A stretch of DNA of 64,000 nt from Candidatus Eiseniibacteriota bacterium (GTDB taxonomy: Bacteria > Eisenbacteria > RBG-16-71-46 > JABDJR01), in assembly GCA_963762255.1 (NCBI GenBank), contig CAVXKA010000001.1, forward strand, positions 384,001 through 448,000, written 5' to 3'. This document shows, in pieces, positions 9,192-18,553 of the stretch (position 1 is the first letter of the stretch; every line of letters begins with the position of its first letter). The notes beneath the pieces are model-generated. The model searched no databases. It was not told where the DNA came from and saw only the letters and a program-made list of their open reading frames with translations. Made by a program: the position numbers and the translations under genes.

Positions 9192-9923
9192 ATGCGGATC
9201 GCTAGCCTCGTCACCCCGCTCTGCGCCCTGGCGCTTGTTGCCGGGAGCCTCGCGCCGACCCAGGCGACGGCCCAGGTCCCCACCTGCTGCGTTCTCCCCG
9301 ACAATGGAGGCGGCACGGTCAGCATGCCGCCCAACTGCCCGGAGGGCTACGAGGGCAGCCCGATGGTCATCGTCGACGGGTTGCCTCCCGGAACGACGAT
9401 TCAGTCCCCCGCCCGGCTCGGCAGCTTCTTCAACACCTCCGAGGTTCCCGGTGGAACTCTGGGCGGCACGCTCGCTCAGTACAACGGAACGCTCGATCTC
9501 GACCTCCAAGGCACCGGCACTCTGCTCGGATTCCACCGCGTCGTGGCGATCCCGATGCAGGGCGAGATGCACACGGCACCCCGGGCCCCCGGAAACCCCG
9601 TCCAGAGCTTCGACACGGACATGTTCTTCATGCAGGGCCAGATCACCGGCGACCCCGACTTCGATCTCCTGCGCATCACCGCGGGGACCGGGTTCGGAAT
9701 GCCCAGCCCCGGACACACCACGCTCACCGTCCAGGCCGGCGGTGACTACGCCGTGGACAGCTTCTTCGACATCACGTATCGCATCGATTTCGTCGGCCAC
9801 CCGGGGAGCCCGCTCGGCGGGATGTCCGGTTCGACGACCGCCACGATCCGGATGACGACCTGTCAGTCTCCGGTGCCGGTCCAGCCTTCCACTTGGGGCA
9901 CGGTCAAGCGCCTCTACCAGTAG
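9192..9923 (+). CDS. Secreted hypothetical protein with C-terminal TWG motif
   Basis: ATG 9192 after AAGGAG; Sec signal peptide; ends PVPVQPSTWGTVKRLYQ. Confidence 0.8.
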   Translation: MRIASLVTPLCALALVAGSLAPTQATAQVPTCCVLPDNGGGTVSMPPNCPEGYEGSPMVIVDGLPPGTTIQSPARLGSFFNTSEVPGGTLGGTLAQYNGTLDLDLQGTGTLLGFHRVVAIPMQGEMHTAPRAPGNPVQSFDTDMFFMQGQITGDPDFDLLRITAGTGFGMPSPGHTTLTVQAGGDYAVDSFFDITYRIDFVGHPGSPLGGMSGSTTATIRMTTCQSPVPVQPSTWGTVKRLYQ

Positions 9924-9933
9924 CCGCGCGTTC

Positions 9934-9989
9934 GGCGGTGAGGCTCGGCCGGAGGGGCGACAGCTCGACCGGAGACGAGCCTCACCGCC
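9934..9989. terminator. Long stem-loop downstream of the TWG-tail gene
   Basis: 14-bp perfect inverted repeat GGCGGTGAGGCTCG / CGAGCCTCACCGCC enclosing further partial pairing; no U-tract. Confidence 0.45.
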
Positions 9990-10084
9990 TGCTCCTTGCC
10001 TTCTCACACCGCCACCGGGGCCTCGGTGGGGTGACCCCCGCAAACGCTCCCTGTATCATGTCTCCCGCTGGAAGGGAGGCGACG

Positions 10085-10750
10085 ATGGGAAACTCGAAGC
10101 GTACGGCGATCTCGGCTGCGTTGTTGATCGCGGCCATCTCCACCCCCGCGGGGGCGCAAGCGATAGAAGACATCGCGCTGCCCGCGCCGCGAACGACGGG
10201 CGGCAAGCCCCTCATGGACGCGCTCCGCGAGCGCCACTCCTCGCGCGAGTTCAGCGCGGCGAAGCTCCCGCTCCAAGTTCTCTCCGACTTGCTGTGGGCG
10301 GCGGCCGGGATCAATCGACCTGAAACCGGCAAGCGCACCGCGCCGTCGGCGCGCAACTGGCAGGAGGTCGAGGTCTACGTCGTGCTCGAGGAAGGCGCCT
10401 ATGTGTACGACGCGGCTGCGAACGTGCTCAAAGCCGCGGCCGCCGGCGACCTTCGCAAGCAGACGGGATCGCAGGACTTCCTGGGTGTGGCGCCGGTCGA
10501 CCTGGTCTACGTGGCGGACCTGGCCAAGCTGAGCGAGGCGTCGCCGGAGGATCGAATCCTCTACTCGGCCGCGGATGCCGCGTTCATCGGCGAGAACGTC
10601 TACCTGTTCTGCGCCTCGGAGGGGCTCGCCACGGTCGTGCGCGGAAGCGTGGATCGCGCGGCATTAGCTGCCGCGTTGAAGCTCCCGACGGAGAAGCGCG
10701 TCATCCTCGCGCAGACGGTCGGGTATCCGGGAGAACCGGCGAAGCCGTAG
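10085..10750 (+). CDS. SagB/ThcOx-family nitroreductase-like flavoprotein with signal peptide
   Basis: ATG 10085 after GGAGG; ALRERHSSREF, LLWAAAG, RTAPSARN, ENVYL..GLAT and QTVGYP motifs. Confidence 0.85.
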   Translation: MGNSKRTAISAALLIAAISTPAGAQAIEDIALPAPRTTGGKPLMDALRERHSSREFSAAKLPLQVLSDLLWAAAGINRPETGKRTAPSARNWQEVEVYVVLEEGAYVYDAAANVLKAAAAGDLRKQTGSQDFLGVAPVDLVYVADLAKLSEASPEDRILYSAADAAFIGENVYLFCASEGLATVVRGSVDRAALAAALKLPTEKRVILAQTVGYPGEPAKP

Positions 10751-10791
10751 CCTCGCGCAGGCCTTCACGCTCCGAGCTTGACCCCGGGCCT

Positions 10792-11694
10792 TCACGCCCC
10801 CAGCAACGCCAGAAGCGGCGTCAGCGTGAACGGGCAAAGCAGCGTGGTCACGAACACCACCGAGGTGACGAACGAGGGCTCCACCTCGTACTCGGACGCC
10901 AGGATGATGGTGACCACCGCCGAGGGCATGGCCGCCTCGAGGATCCCCGCCTGACGCGCCGGGCCTTCGAGCCCGAACACGCGCGCCGCCGCGATCGCCA
11001 GCACAGCTCCTCCCACCAGCCGCAGCCCCACCGCGGTGAAGAGCGGGCGCGCGCGCCCCGCCCACTTCACGCCTCGCAGTTCGATCCCGAGGATCACCAG
11101 AAACACCGGAATGCACGCTTCGGAGAGGAGCTTCACCGTGCGCGCCACCGGGAACGGGAGATCCCAGCCCTGGTGGGACATGATGAGGGCAGCCGCGACC
11201 GCCCACACGGTCGGCACCTTCGGGAGCCCGAGCAGTGCCGCGCGCACGCCTGCTTTGCCCAACGAGGCGATGAACACGCCGACCGTGTAGGTGAGCACCG
11301 ACGACGACACGAAGAAGAGGCTGGCCTGAGCGAGCCCCGCATCGCCGAACGCGAAGTAGTTCACCGAGAGCCCGATGTTCCCCGCGTTGGGCAGGAGCAC
11401 CACCAGCACCGTGGCCGCGGTCAGCGAGCGCGGCCACCGCATGGCTCGGGCGATGAGGAAGGCCACGCCTCCGAGAACGAGCAGCACCGTGAAGGAGAAC
11501 CCGGCCATCCTTCCCATGTCCCCCAACGGGACACGGCTTTCCAGAAGAACCTGGTACACCAGACAGGGAGAGAAGACGAGGAAGCCGATGCGGGCCACCG
11601 ACCTCGCCTGCACCTGTACGCGGGCGGCAAGCGCGTAGCCCACCGCCGCGGTGAGGATCACCGGAAGAAGGTTATCGACGAAGAGCCGCAGCAT
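10792..11694 (-). CDS. AEC (auxin efflux carrier) family transporter
   Basis: About 10 TM helices; PNAGNIG and AAMPSAV motifs. Confidence 0.85.
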   Translation of the reverse strand: MLRLFVDNLLPVILTAAVGYALAARVQVQARSVARIGFLVFSPCLVYQVLLESRVPLGDMGRMAGFSFTVLLVLGGVAFLIARAMRWPRSLTAATVLVVLLPNAGNIGLSVNYFAFGDAGLAQASLFFVSSSVLTYTVGVFIASLGKAGVRAALLGLPKVPTVWAVAAALIMSHQGWDLPFPVARTVKLLSEACIPVFLVILGIELRGVKWAGRARPLFTAVGLRLVGGAVLAIAAARVFGLEGPARQAGILEAAMPSAVVTIILASEYEVEPSFVTSVVFVTTLLCPFTLTPLLALLGA

Positions 11695-11703
11695 GCCGCG
11701 GCC

Positions 11704-13152
11704 CTACATTCCCCCGATGGCGGCCCGAGCGGCGGCGTAGAGCGGTCCGGGGACCACGCCGAAGAAGAGGATCCCCAGCACCGCAATCGCCAGCGCGGCG
11801 GCGATGGCCACGTTCGCGCGAGCGAGCGTCGGCTCACCCGCGGGCGCCGGACGCATGTACATGAGGACCACCACACGCAGGTAGTAGTACACGGACACGA
11901 GTGAGGCCATCACGCCGATCACGGCCAACAGCACGTGCCCCTCTTGAACGGCGCTCGTGAAGATGTAGAACTTGCCCACGAACCCGCCGGTGGGCGGGAT
12001 GCCGGCCAGCGAGAACATGAAGATCGCCATCGCGAGCCCGAGCCACGGCTTCGTGAACCCGAGCCCTGAGAAGCTCTCGATCGCGGTGCCCTGCTCGTTC
12101 TCACGGGTCGCCAGCGCCACCACCCCGAACGATCCCAGCGTGGTGAGCGCGTAGACCACCAGATAGTAGAGCGTGCCGATCCCTCCCAGCTCCGTCCCCG
12201 CCACCAGCGACACCAGCACATACCCGGCGTGAGCGATGGCCGAGTAGGCGAGCATGCGCTTCATGTCCTTCTGGACCAGCGCGAGGATATTCCCGACCAC
12301 CATGGTCAGCACGGCGAGCCACCAGACGAGCGCCGTCCACTCGGGGCGCGCCCCGTCGAACGCCATGCCGAGCACGCGCAGGAGCGCGACGAACACCGCC
12401 ACCTTGGGGCCGGCCGCCATGAACCCGGTCACCACCGTGGGTGCCCCCTGGTAGACGTCGGGCGTCCACATGTGGAACGGCACCGCCGAGACCTTGAACC
12501 CGAACCCCACGAGCAGGAACCCGATGCCGGCCAGGAGCAGCGGATTCTGGGCGACGCCTCCCCTGGCGATGTGCGCGGCGATCTCCTTCAAATGCATGCT
12601 GCCGGTCGCGCCGTAGACGAGCGCGATGCCGTAGAGGAGGAACCCGCTGGCGAACGCGCCGAGGAGCAGGTACTTGATGCTGGCTTCGGTGCTGCGCACA
12701 TCCCGCCGCCGGAACGAGGCCAAGACGTACTGCGAAACCGAGGCGACCTCGAGCCCGATGAAGATGGTGATCAGATCGAGCCCGGCCGCCATCGCCATCA
12801 TGCCGCTGGTGGCCAGGAGAATGAGCGTGTAGTACTCGCCGCTCTCCACCTCGTGCCGGCCCGCGTAGCCCGCAGTGATGAGCAGCGTCATGAGCGCGGT
12901 GAAGGCGAGGAGCATGTTGGCGATCTTGGAGATGCCGTCCACCGCCACCGATCCGGCGAACGCCGGCGGACCGGAGGGGGTCATCGCCGCCGCGATCAAC
13001 GCCGCGAGCGAAGCCACCACGCCGAGGGCAAGGAGGCCGCTGCCCGCTTTCCCCCGCCGTCCGGAGGAGACGAGAAGCGTCGCGCACCCCGCCGCGGCCA
13101 GGATGATCTGCGGCAGGATGGCGATCCAGTTGATCGAGACCCCGGTCATCAC
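11704..13152 (-). CDS. nuoN: NADH-quinone oxidoreductase subunit N
   Basis: EASIKYLLLG, FKVSAVPFHMWTPDVYQGAP and SLAGIPPTGGF motifs. Confidence 0.95.
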   Translation of the reverse strand: MMTGVSINWIAILPQIILAAAGCATLLVSSGRRGKAGSGLLALGVVASLAALIAAAMTPSGPPAFAGSVAVDGISKIANMLLAFTALMTLLITAGYAGRHEVESGEYYTLILLATSGMMAMAAGLDLITIFIGLEVASVSQYVLASFRRRDVRSTEASIKYLLLGAFASGFLLYGIALVYGATGSMHLKEIAAHIARGGVAQNPLLLAGIGFLLVGFGFKVSAVPFHMWTPDVYQGAPTVVTGFMAAGPKVAVFVALLRVLGMAFDGARPEWTALVWWLAVLTMVVGNILALVQKDMKRMLAYSAIAHAGYVLVSLVAGTELGGIGTLYYLVVYALTTLGSFGVVALATRENEQGTAIESFSGLGFTKPWLGLAMAIFMFSLAGIPPTGGFVGKFYIFTSAVQEGHVLLAVIGVMASLVSVYYYLRVVVLMYMRPAPAGEPTLARANVAIAAALAIAVLGILFFGVVPGPLYAAARAAIGGM

Positions 13153-14729
13153 TTCACCCCCTGGGCGTGGGCCGACGGCGCCACGTCCATCCGCGTCCCG
13201 TCGTTCAAGATCATCGAGTGTTCATCCCCGCCCTCGGCCGGGGCCGGCGCCGTCACCGGAGCGCCCGCCTGGTCCAGCACGTGCACCACCGAGGCCTCCA
13301 TCGTGTCGAGGAACGGCTTGGGGTAGATCCCGATCCAGAAGATGAGGATGAGGAGCGGCAGCAGGGTCGCGAACTCCCGCCCGCTCAAATCCTTGAGTCC
13401 CTTGTTCTCCTCGTGGAGGACCTTCCCGAACATGACCCGCTGATACATCCAGAGCATGTACGCGGCGCCGAGGACCACGCCGCTCGCCGCAAGCACCGCG
13501 GCCACCCGGTGGGATCCGAACGCGCCCAGGAGGATGAGGAACTCGCCCACGAAGCCGTTGGTGCCGGGAAGTCCGATCGAGGAGAGGGTCACGATCATGA
13601 AGCAGGCTGCGAAGAGCGGCATGACCGCGGTGAGCCCGCCGAAGCGTTCGATGAGCCGCGTGTGTCGCCGCTCGTAGATCATGCCCACGATGAGGAAGAG
13701 CGCGCCCGTCGAGATTCCGTGGTTGATCATCTGCAGGAGCCCGCCCTTCATCCCCTCCATGTTGAGGGCGAAGATACCGAGCATGACGAACCCCAGATGG
13801 CTGACCGAGCTGTAGGCGACGAGCTTCTTCAAGTCGGGCTGCACCATCGCCACCAGCGCCCCGTAGATGATCCCGATCACGGCCAGCGCGAGCAGCCAGG
13901 GCGTGGCCGCGGCCGTCGCCGCCGGGAAGAGGGGCAGGCAGAAGCGCACGAAGCCGTAGGTTCCCATCTTCAGCAGAACGCCGGCCAGGATCACCGAGCC
14001 CGCGGTGGGGGCCTCGACGTGCGCGTCCGGCAGCCAGGTGTGGAACGGGAAGAGCGGCACCTTGATCGCGAAGGCGAGCGCGAAGGCGCTGAATAGCAGC
14101 ACCTCCTGCTTGAAGGTGAGCTGGGTGTTGTAGAGATCGATCAGGTTGAAGGTCAACGTCCCGGTCTGCGCCTTGTAGGCCAGCGCGAGGAAGATGATCG
14201 CCACCAGCATCAGGAGGCTGCCGAACATCGTGTAGAGGAAGAACTTCACCGCGGCGTAGATGCGCCGCTCGCCGCCCCACACGCCGATGAGGAAGTACAT
14301 CGGGATGAGCATGGCCTCCCAGAACACGTAGAACAGGAAGAGATCGAGGGAGCAGAAGACGCCCAGCATCCCCGTCTCCAGCACGAGTAGGAACGCGTAG
14401 TAGCCGCGCGTCCTGTCCTTGACCGCGCTGAACGACGCCAGCACCGCGATCGCGCTCAGGAGCGTGGTCAAGAGCACCAGGAGCAGCGTGATCCCGTCCA
14501 CTCCCAGGTGGTAGCTGACCCCTAGCCCGACGATCCACGGCACGTTTTCCGTGAACTGGAACGCGGCGGTGCCGCGGTCGAACCCGAACCACAGGGCGAG
14601 CGAGATCAGGAACGTCGCCAACGCCACCGCGAAGGCCACCATGCGGTGGGCCTTGGCGGGCATGGGAACGAGCCACAGGAGGAGCGCGCCCAGGAGCGGG
14701 AGGAAGATGATCGTGGAGAGGAGCGGCAT
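13149..14729 (-). CDS. nuoM: NADH-quinone oxidoreductase subunit M
   Basis: FWEAMLIPMY, KVPLFPFHTWLPDAHVEAPT and AYSSVSHLGFV motifs. Confidence 0.95.
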   Translation of the reverse strand: MPLLSTIIFLPLLGALLLWLVPMPAKAHRMVAFAVALATFLISLALWFGFDRGTAAFQFTENVPWIVGLGVSYHLGVDGITLLLVLLTTLLSAIAVLASFSAVKDRTRGYYAFLLVLETGMLGVFCSLDLFLFYVFWEAMLIPMYFLIGVWGGERRIYAAVKFFLYTMFGSLLMLVAIIFLALAYKAQTGTLTFNLIDLYNTQLTFKQEVLLFSAFALAFAIKVPLFPFHTWLPDAHVEAPTAGSVILAGVLLKMGTYGFVRFCLPLFPAATAAATPWLLALAVIGIIYGALVAMVQPDLKKLVAYSSVSHLGFVMLGIFALNMEGMKGGLLQMINHGISTGALFLIVGMIYERRHTRLIERFGGLTAVMPLFAACFMIVTLSSIGLPGTNGFVGEFLILLGAFGSHRVAAVLAASGVVLGAAYMLWMYQRVMFGKVLHEENKGLKDLSGREFATLLPLLILIFWIGIYPKPFLDTMEASVVHVLDQAGAPVTAPAPAEGGDEHSMILNDGTRMDVAPSAHAQGVK

Positions 14730-16696
14730 CAGCGACCCCCTCCCAGCAGCACGTAACCCATGATCAGGATGGCCCCCACCATGATCGCAGCGGCGTAGTT
14801 GCCGACGAATCCGCTCTGGATCGGGCGGAGGAACCCGCCGACCCCGCGCACGACACGCCCGGCGCCGTTCACCGCGCCGTCGATCAACTCGACGTCCACG
14901 ACCTTCCAGAGGAATCGCGAGAAGGCGATGACCGGCTGCACCACGCCGGCGTTGTAGATCTCATCCACGTAGTACTTGTTCCAGAGCACCTTGTACATGC
15001 CTGCGAAACGCGCGCCGATGGCCTTCGCCCGGCCCGGCTTCACCACGTAGGTCTGCCAGCCGAACCACACGCCCAGGATCGCGATCGCCACCGAGAAGGC
15101 CATGAGCCCCAGTTCGAGGCCCATCGAGTGGGCCGCCGCGTGCACGGGCGCCGCGCCCTCGGCGCCTTCCGCGCCGTGCGTCGCTCCGTGTGCGCCGACC
15201 AACGGCCCCAGCCAGTTGTGCATCGCGTTGGCGCCGACCAGGAGCGGCAACCCCAGGAACCCGCCCACCGTGGACAGCACCGCGAGGATCATGAGCGGCA
15301 CCGTCATCACCTTGGGCGATTCCTTGGCGTGCTCGTAGACGTGCCGGTCGCGCGGCTCGCCGAAGAACGTCATGGCCACCGCGCGCGTGATGTAGAACGC
15401 GGTGAGGAGCGCCGCCGCCGCGCCCACCACCCACAGCACCTTCCCCAGCCCGCCGAGGCCGCTCGACGTGAACGTGTTGTAGAGGATCTCGTCCTTGGAG
15501 AAGAACCCGGCGAAGATCGGCACTCCGGCCAGGGCCAGCGCTCCGATGATGAACGTGTTCTTGGTGATGGGGAGCTTCTTGCCGAGCCCGCCCATCTTGC
15601 GCATGTCCTGCTCGTGATGGCAGGCCTCGATGACCGACCCCGATCCGAGGAAGAGGAGCGCCTTGAAGAACGCGTGCGTCATGAGGTGGAAGATCGCGGC
15701 CACGTACGCGCCCGCGCCCACCGCGAGGAACATGTACCCGAGCTGAGAGACCGTCGAGTAGGCGAGCACGCGCTTGATGTCGTTCTGCACGAGCCCGATC
15801 GTTGCCGCAAAGATCGCGGTCAGGGCGCCGATCACCGCCACCGTCGCCAGCGCGGCCGGCGCCAGGGCGAAGAGCCCGGAAGCGCGCACGAAGAGGTAGA
15901 CACCCGCGGTCACCATCGTGGCCGCGTGGATGAGGGCGGACACCGGCGTGGGGCCTTCCATGGCGTCGGGGAGCCAGACGAAGAGCGGGATCTGGGCCGA
16001 CTTGCCTGTGGCGCCCAGGAAGAAGAGCAGCGCGATCGCGGTGGGGAGCGCGGCGCCGGCCGTGTAGACCAGGGGCGCCTTGTGGAAGACCTCGGCGAAG
16101 GTCAGCGAACCCAGCGTCCAGAACAGGAGGAACATCCCGATCAGCACGCCGAAGTCGCCGATGCGGTTGACGATGAACGCCTTCTTGCCCGCGTTGGAGG
16201 CCGAATCCTTCGTGTACCAGAATCCGATCAACAGGTAGGAGCAGAGGCCCACGCCTTCCCAGCCCACGAACAGGAGCAGGAAGTTGTCGGCGAGGACCAG
16301 GATCAGCATCGCGAAGGTGAAGAGGTTGAGATAGGTGAAGTAGCGCTTGTAGCCGGGGTCGTGCGCCATGTACCCGAGGCTATAGACGTGGATGAGGAAG
16401 CCCACACCGCTCACCACCAGCGCCATCACCGCCGACAGCGGATCCCAGAGGAAGGCGACGTTCACGTGGAAGTTGCCGGCGGCGATCCAGGGGAAGAGGA
16501 CCTTCGTGATCGCCCGCTCTCCTACGGGGAGGGCGCGCAACCCGAAGAAGGCGCCGGCGGCGATCACGAACGCGGCCCCCACCGAGGCGCAGGCCAGGTA
16601 GCCTGCCAGCTTGCGCGGCATCCACTTGAGCGCGAGCCCGTTGATGAGGAAACCCAGGAGCGGCAGGATTGGAATGAGCCAGAACGCGTTCAACAC
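14729..16696 (-). CDS. nuoL: NADH-quinone oxidoreductase subunit L
   Basis: GWEGVGLCSYLLIGFW, KSAQIPLFVWLPDAMEGPTPVSALIHAATMV and HAFFKALLFL motifs. Confidence 0.95.
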   Translation of the reverse strand: MLNAFWLIPILPLLGFLINGLALKWMPRKLAGYLACASVGAAFVIAAGAFFGLRALPVGERAITKVLFPWIAAGNFHVNVAFLWDPLSAVMALVVSGVGFLIHVYSLGYMAHDPGYKRYFTYLNLFTFAMLILVLADNFLLLFVGWEGVGLCSYLLIGFWYTKDSASNAGKKAFIVNRIGDFGVLIGMFLLFWTLGSLTFAEVFHKAPLVYTAGAALPTAIALLFFLGATGKSAQIPLFVWLPDAMEGPTPVSALIHAATMVTAGVYLFVRASGLFALAPAALATVAVIGALTAIFAATIGLVQNDIKRVLAYSTVSQLGYMFLAVGAGAYVAAIFHLMTHAFFKALLFLGSGSVIEACHHEQDMRKMGGLGKKLPITKNTFIIGALALAGVPIFAGFFSKDEILYNTFTSSGLGGLGKVLWVVGAAAALLTAFYITRAVAMTFFGEPRDRHVYEHAKESPKVMTVPLMILAVLSTVGGFLGLPLLVGANAMHNWLGPLVGAHGATHGAEGAEGAAPVHAAAHSMGLELGLMAFSVAIAILGVWFGWQTYVVKPGRAKAIGARFAGMYKVLWNKYYVDEIYNAGVVQPVIAFSRFLWKVVDVELIDGAVNGAGRVVRGVGGFLRPIQSGFVGNYAAAIMVGAILIMGYVLLGGGR

Positions 16697-16700
16697 CGCC

Positions 16701-17009
16701 CTATCCCCTCAGCAAGCTGAATTGGTTGACGTCCACCGTCCCCTTCTTGCGGAAGAGGTCGATGATGATGGCGAGCCCCACCGAGACCTCGGCGGCGGCC
16801 ACGGCCAGCGCGAAGAACACGAGCACCTGACCGTCGGGCGAGTTGAGCGCGCGCCCGAACGCCACCAGCGAGATGTTGGCCGCATTCAGCATCAGCTCCA
16901 CGCACATGAAGATGACGAGGATGTTGCGGCGGAAGAGCACACCGAGCACGCCGATCGCGAAGAGTGCCCCGGCCAGGATCTGGTAGTACGCGACAGGCAC
17001 GGACATCAT
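16701..17009 (-). CDS. nuoK: NADH-quinone oxidoreductase subunit K
   Basis: ATG 17009 overlaps the nuoJ stop; RRNILVIFMCVELMLNAANI and AVAAAEVSVGLAI motifs. Confidence 0.95.
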   Translation of the reverse strand: MMSVPVAYYQILAGALFAIGVLGVLFRRNILVIFMCVELMLNAANISLVAFGRALNSPDGQVLVFFALAVAAAEVSVGLAIIIDLFRKKGTVDVNQFSLLRG

Positions 17010-17551
17010 GACCCTTCCCCCACGCCCACATGGCCTTCGAGCCCGCGGCCGTGCCGGCGGGTGATGGCCACCGCGCCGACGATGGCGACGAGCAACAGGA
17101 TCGACGCCACTTCGAACGGATACATGTACCGGGTGTAGAGAGAGATCCCGATGCTCTCGGCGCTGCCCAGTTTGGGGCCCGCGTTGCCCGGGGCGCCGGA
17201 GAGGACCAGGGTTCCGCCCAGGAAGGCGAGCTGGACCAGCAGGACGCCGCCGAGCACGACCGCCATTGCGCGCTTCCACCCCGTCGCGATGCCCTGCGCC
17301 TCGCCCGACTCCTCGTAATTGACCGAGAGGAGCATGATCACGAAGATGAACAGCACCATGATCGCGCCCGCGTAGACCATGATCTGCAAGACGGCCAAGA
17401 AGGGCGCATGAAGCAGGAGATAGAGCCCAGCGGTCGCCGCGAAGACCCCCACCAGGTTGAGCGCGGCGTAGAGCGCGTTGCGGTGCAGCACCACCCCGAG
17501 AGCGCACGCGACGGCCATGATGGCCATGAGGATGAAGCCGGCTAGAGCCAC
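17006..17551 (-). CDS. nuoJ: NADH-quinone oxidoreductase subunit J
   Basis: QIMVYAGAIMVLFIFVIML and PFEVASILLLVAIVGA motifs. Confidence 0.95.
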   Translation of the reverse strand: MALAGFILMAIMAVACALGVVLHRNALYAALNLVGVFAATAGLYLLLHAPFLAVLQIMVYAGAIMVLFIFVIMLLSVNYEESGEAQGIATGWKRAMAVVLGGVLLVQLAFLGGTLVLSGAPGNAGPKLGSAESIGISLYTRYMYPFEVASILLLVAIVGAVAITRRHGRGLEGHVGVGEGS

Positions 17552-17554
17552 GTC

Positions 17555-18553
17555 TTACCCCTTGAGCGCCAGGAACAGCGCGGTCGCGAAGATGTTGAAC
17601 AAGGCCAGCGGAAGGAGGAACTTCCAACCGATCCGCATCAACTGGTCGAACCGGAACCGCGGGAGCGTTCCGCGCGTCCAGATCGCGAAGAAGATCAGCA
17701 GGAACACTTTGATGCAGAACCAGAGCGGGGAGAGCCACACCGGGCTCGGCCAAGGCACCAGCCACCCGCCCAGGAAGAGCAGGGTGATCATCGAGGTGAT
17801 GGTGATCAGGTTCGCGTACTCCCCGAGGAAGTACATGGCGAATCGCATGCCGCTGTATTCCGTGTGATAGCCGGCCACCAGCTCGGGCTCGGCTTCGGGA
17901 AGGTCGAACGGCACGCGGTTGATCTCGGCGAAGGACGCGATGAGGAACAGAACGAAGGCCAGCGGCTGCATCACGATGAAGGGAAGCTTGTGCTGGGCGG
18001 CGACGACGTCCACCAGGCTGAAGGACCCCACCACCATCACGATGGAGACGATCACCAGCCCCATGGTGAGCTCGTAGGAGATCATCTGGGCCGAGGACCG
18101 CAGGCTCCCCATCAGCGAGTACTTGTTGTTGGAGGCCCACCCGCCGAGGAAGATGCCGTACACGCCGATGCTGGAGAGGGCGAGCAGGAAAAGGAGGGCG
18201 ATGTTGACGTCGGTGATGCGCAGCGCCACGTCCCGACCGAACATGTGCACCGTCTCCCCGAAGGGGATGACCGAGAAGGCCATCAGCGCGGGGACGAGCG
18301 AGAGGATCGGCGCCAGCAGGAAGAGGACGCGATCGGCCTGGGTCGGCGTCACCTGCTCCTTGGTCATGAGCTTGAGGGCGTCGGCCGCGGGCTGAAAGAT
18401 GCCCTGGGGGCCCGCCCGGTTGGGGCCGAGGCGCGCCTGGATCAGCGCCACCACCTTGCGCTCGAGGAGCGTCAGGTAGGCCACCGAGGTGAGCACCACC
18501 ACGAACACCACCAGGACCTTGGCGAGGAGTTCAATCCACCATGCGGTTGTCAC
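17555..18553 (-). CDS. nuoH: NADH-quinone oxidoreductase subunit H
   Basis: GTG 18553 overlaps the nuoF TGA; LERKV..QARLGPNR, QPAADALK and NRVPFDLPEAEPELVAGYHTEYS motifs. Confidence 0.95.
   Translation of the reverse strand: MTTAWWIELLAKVLVVFVVVLTSVAYLTLLERKVVALIQARLGPNRAGPQGIFQPAADALKLMTKEQVTPTQADRVLFLLAPILSLVPALMAFSVIPFGETVHMFGRDVALRITDVNIALLFLLALSSIGVYGIFLGGWASNNKYSLMGSLRSSAQMISYELTMGLVIVSIVMVVGSFSLVDVVAAQHKLPFIVMQPLAFVLFLIASFAEINRVPFDLPEAEPELVAGYHTEYSGMRFAMYFLGEYANLITITSMITLLFLGGWLVPWPSPVWLSPLWFCIKVFLLIFFAIWTRGTLPRFRFDQLMRIGWKFLLPLALFNIFATALFLALKG

Noticed and set aside
10085-10750. SagB dehydrogenase as maturase for the GEWQW peptide
   Set aside because: There is no YcaO partner, the cores have no Cys, Ser or Thr, and the protein looks like a stand-alone exported nitroreductase.
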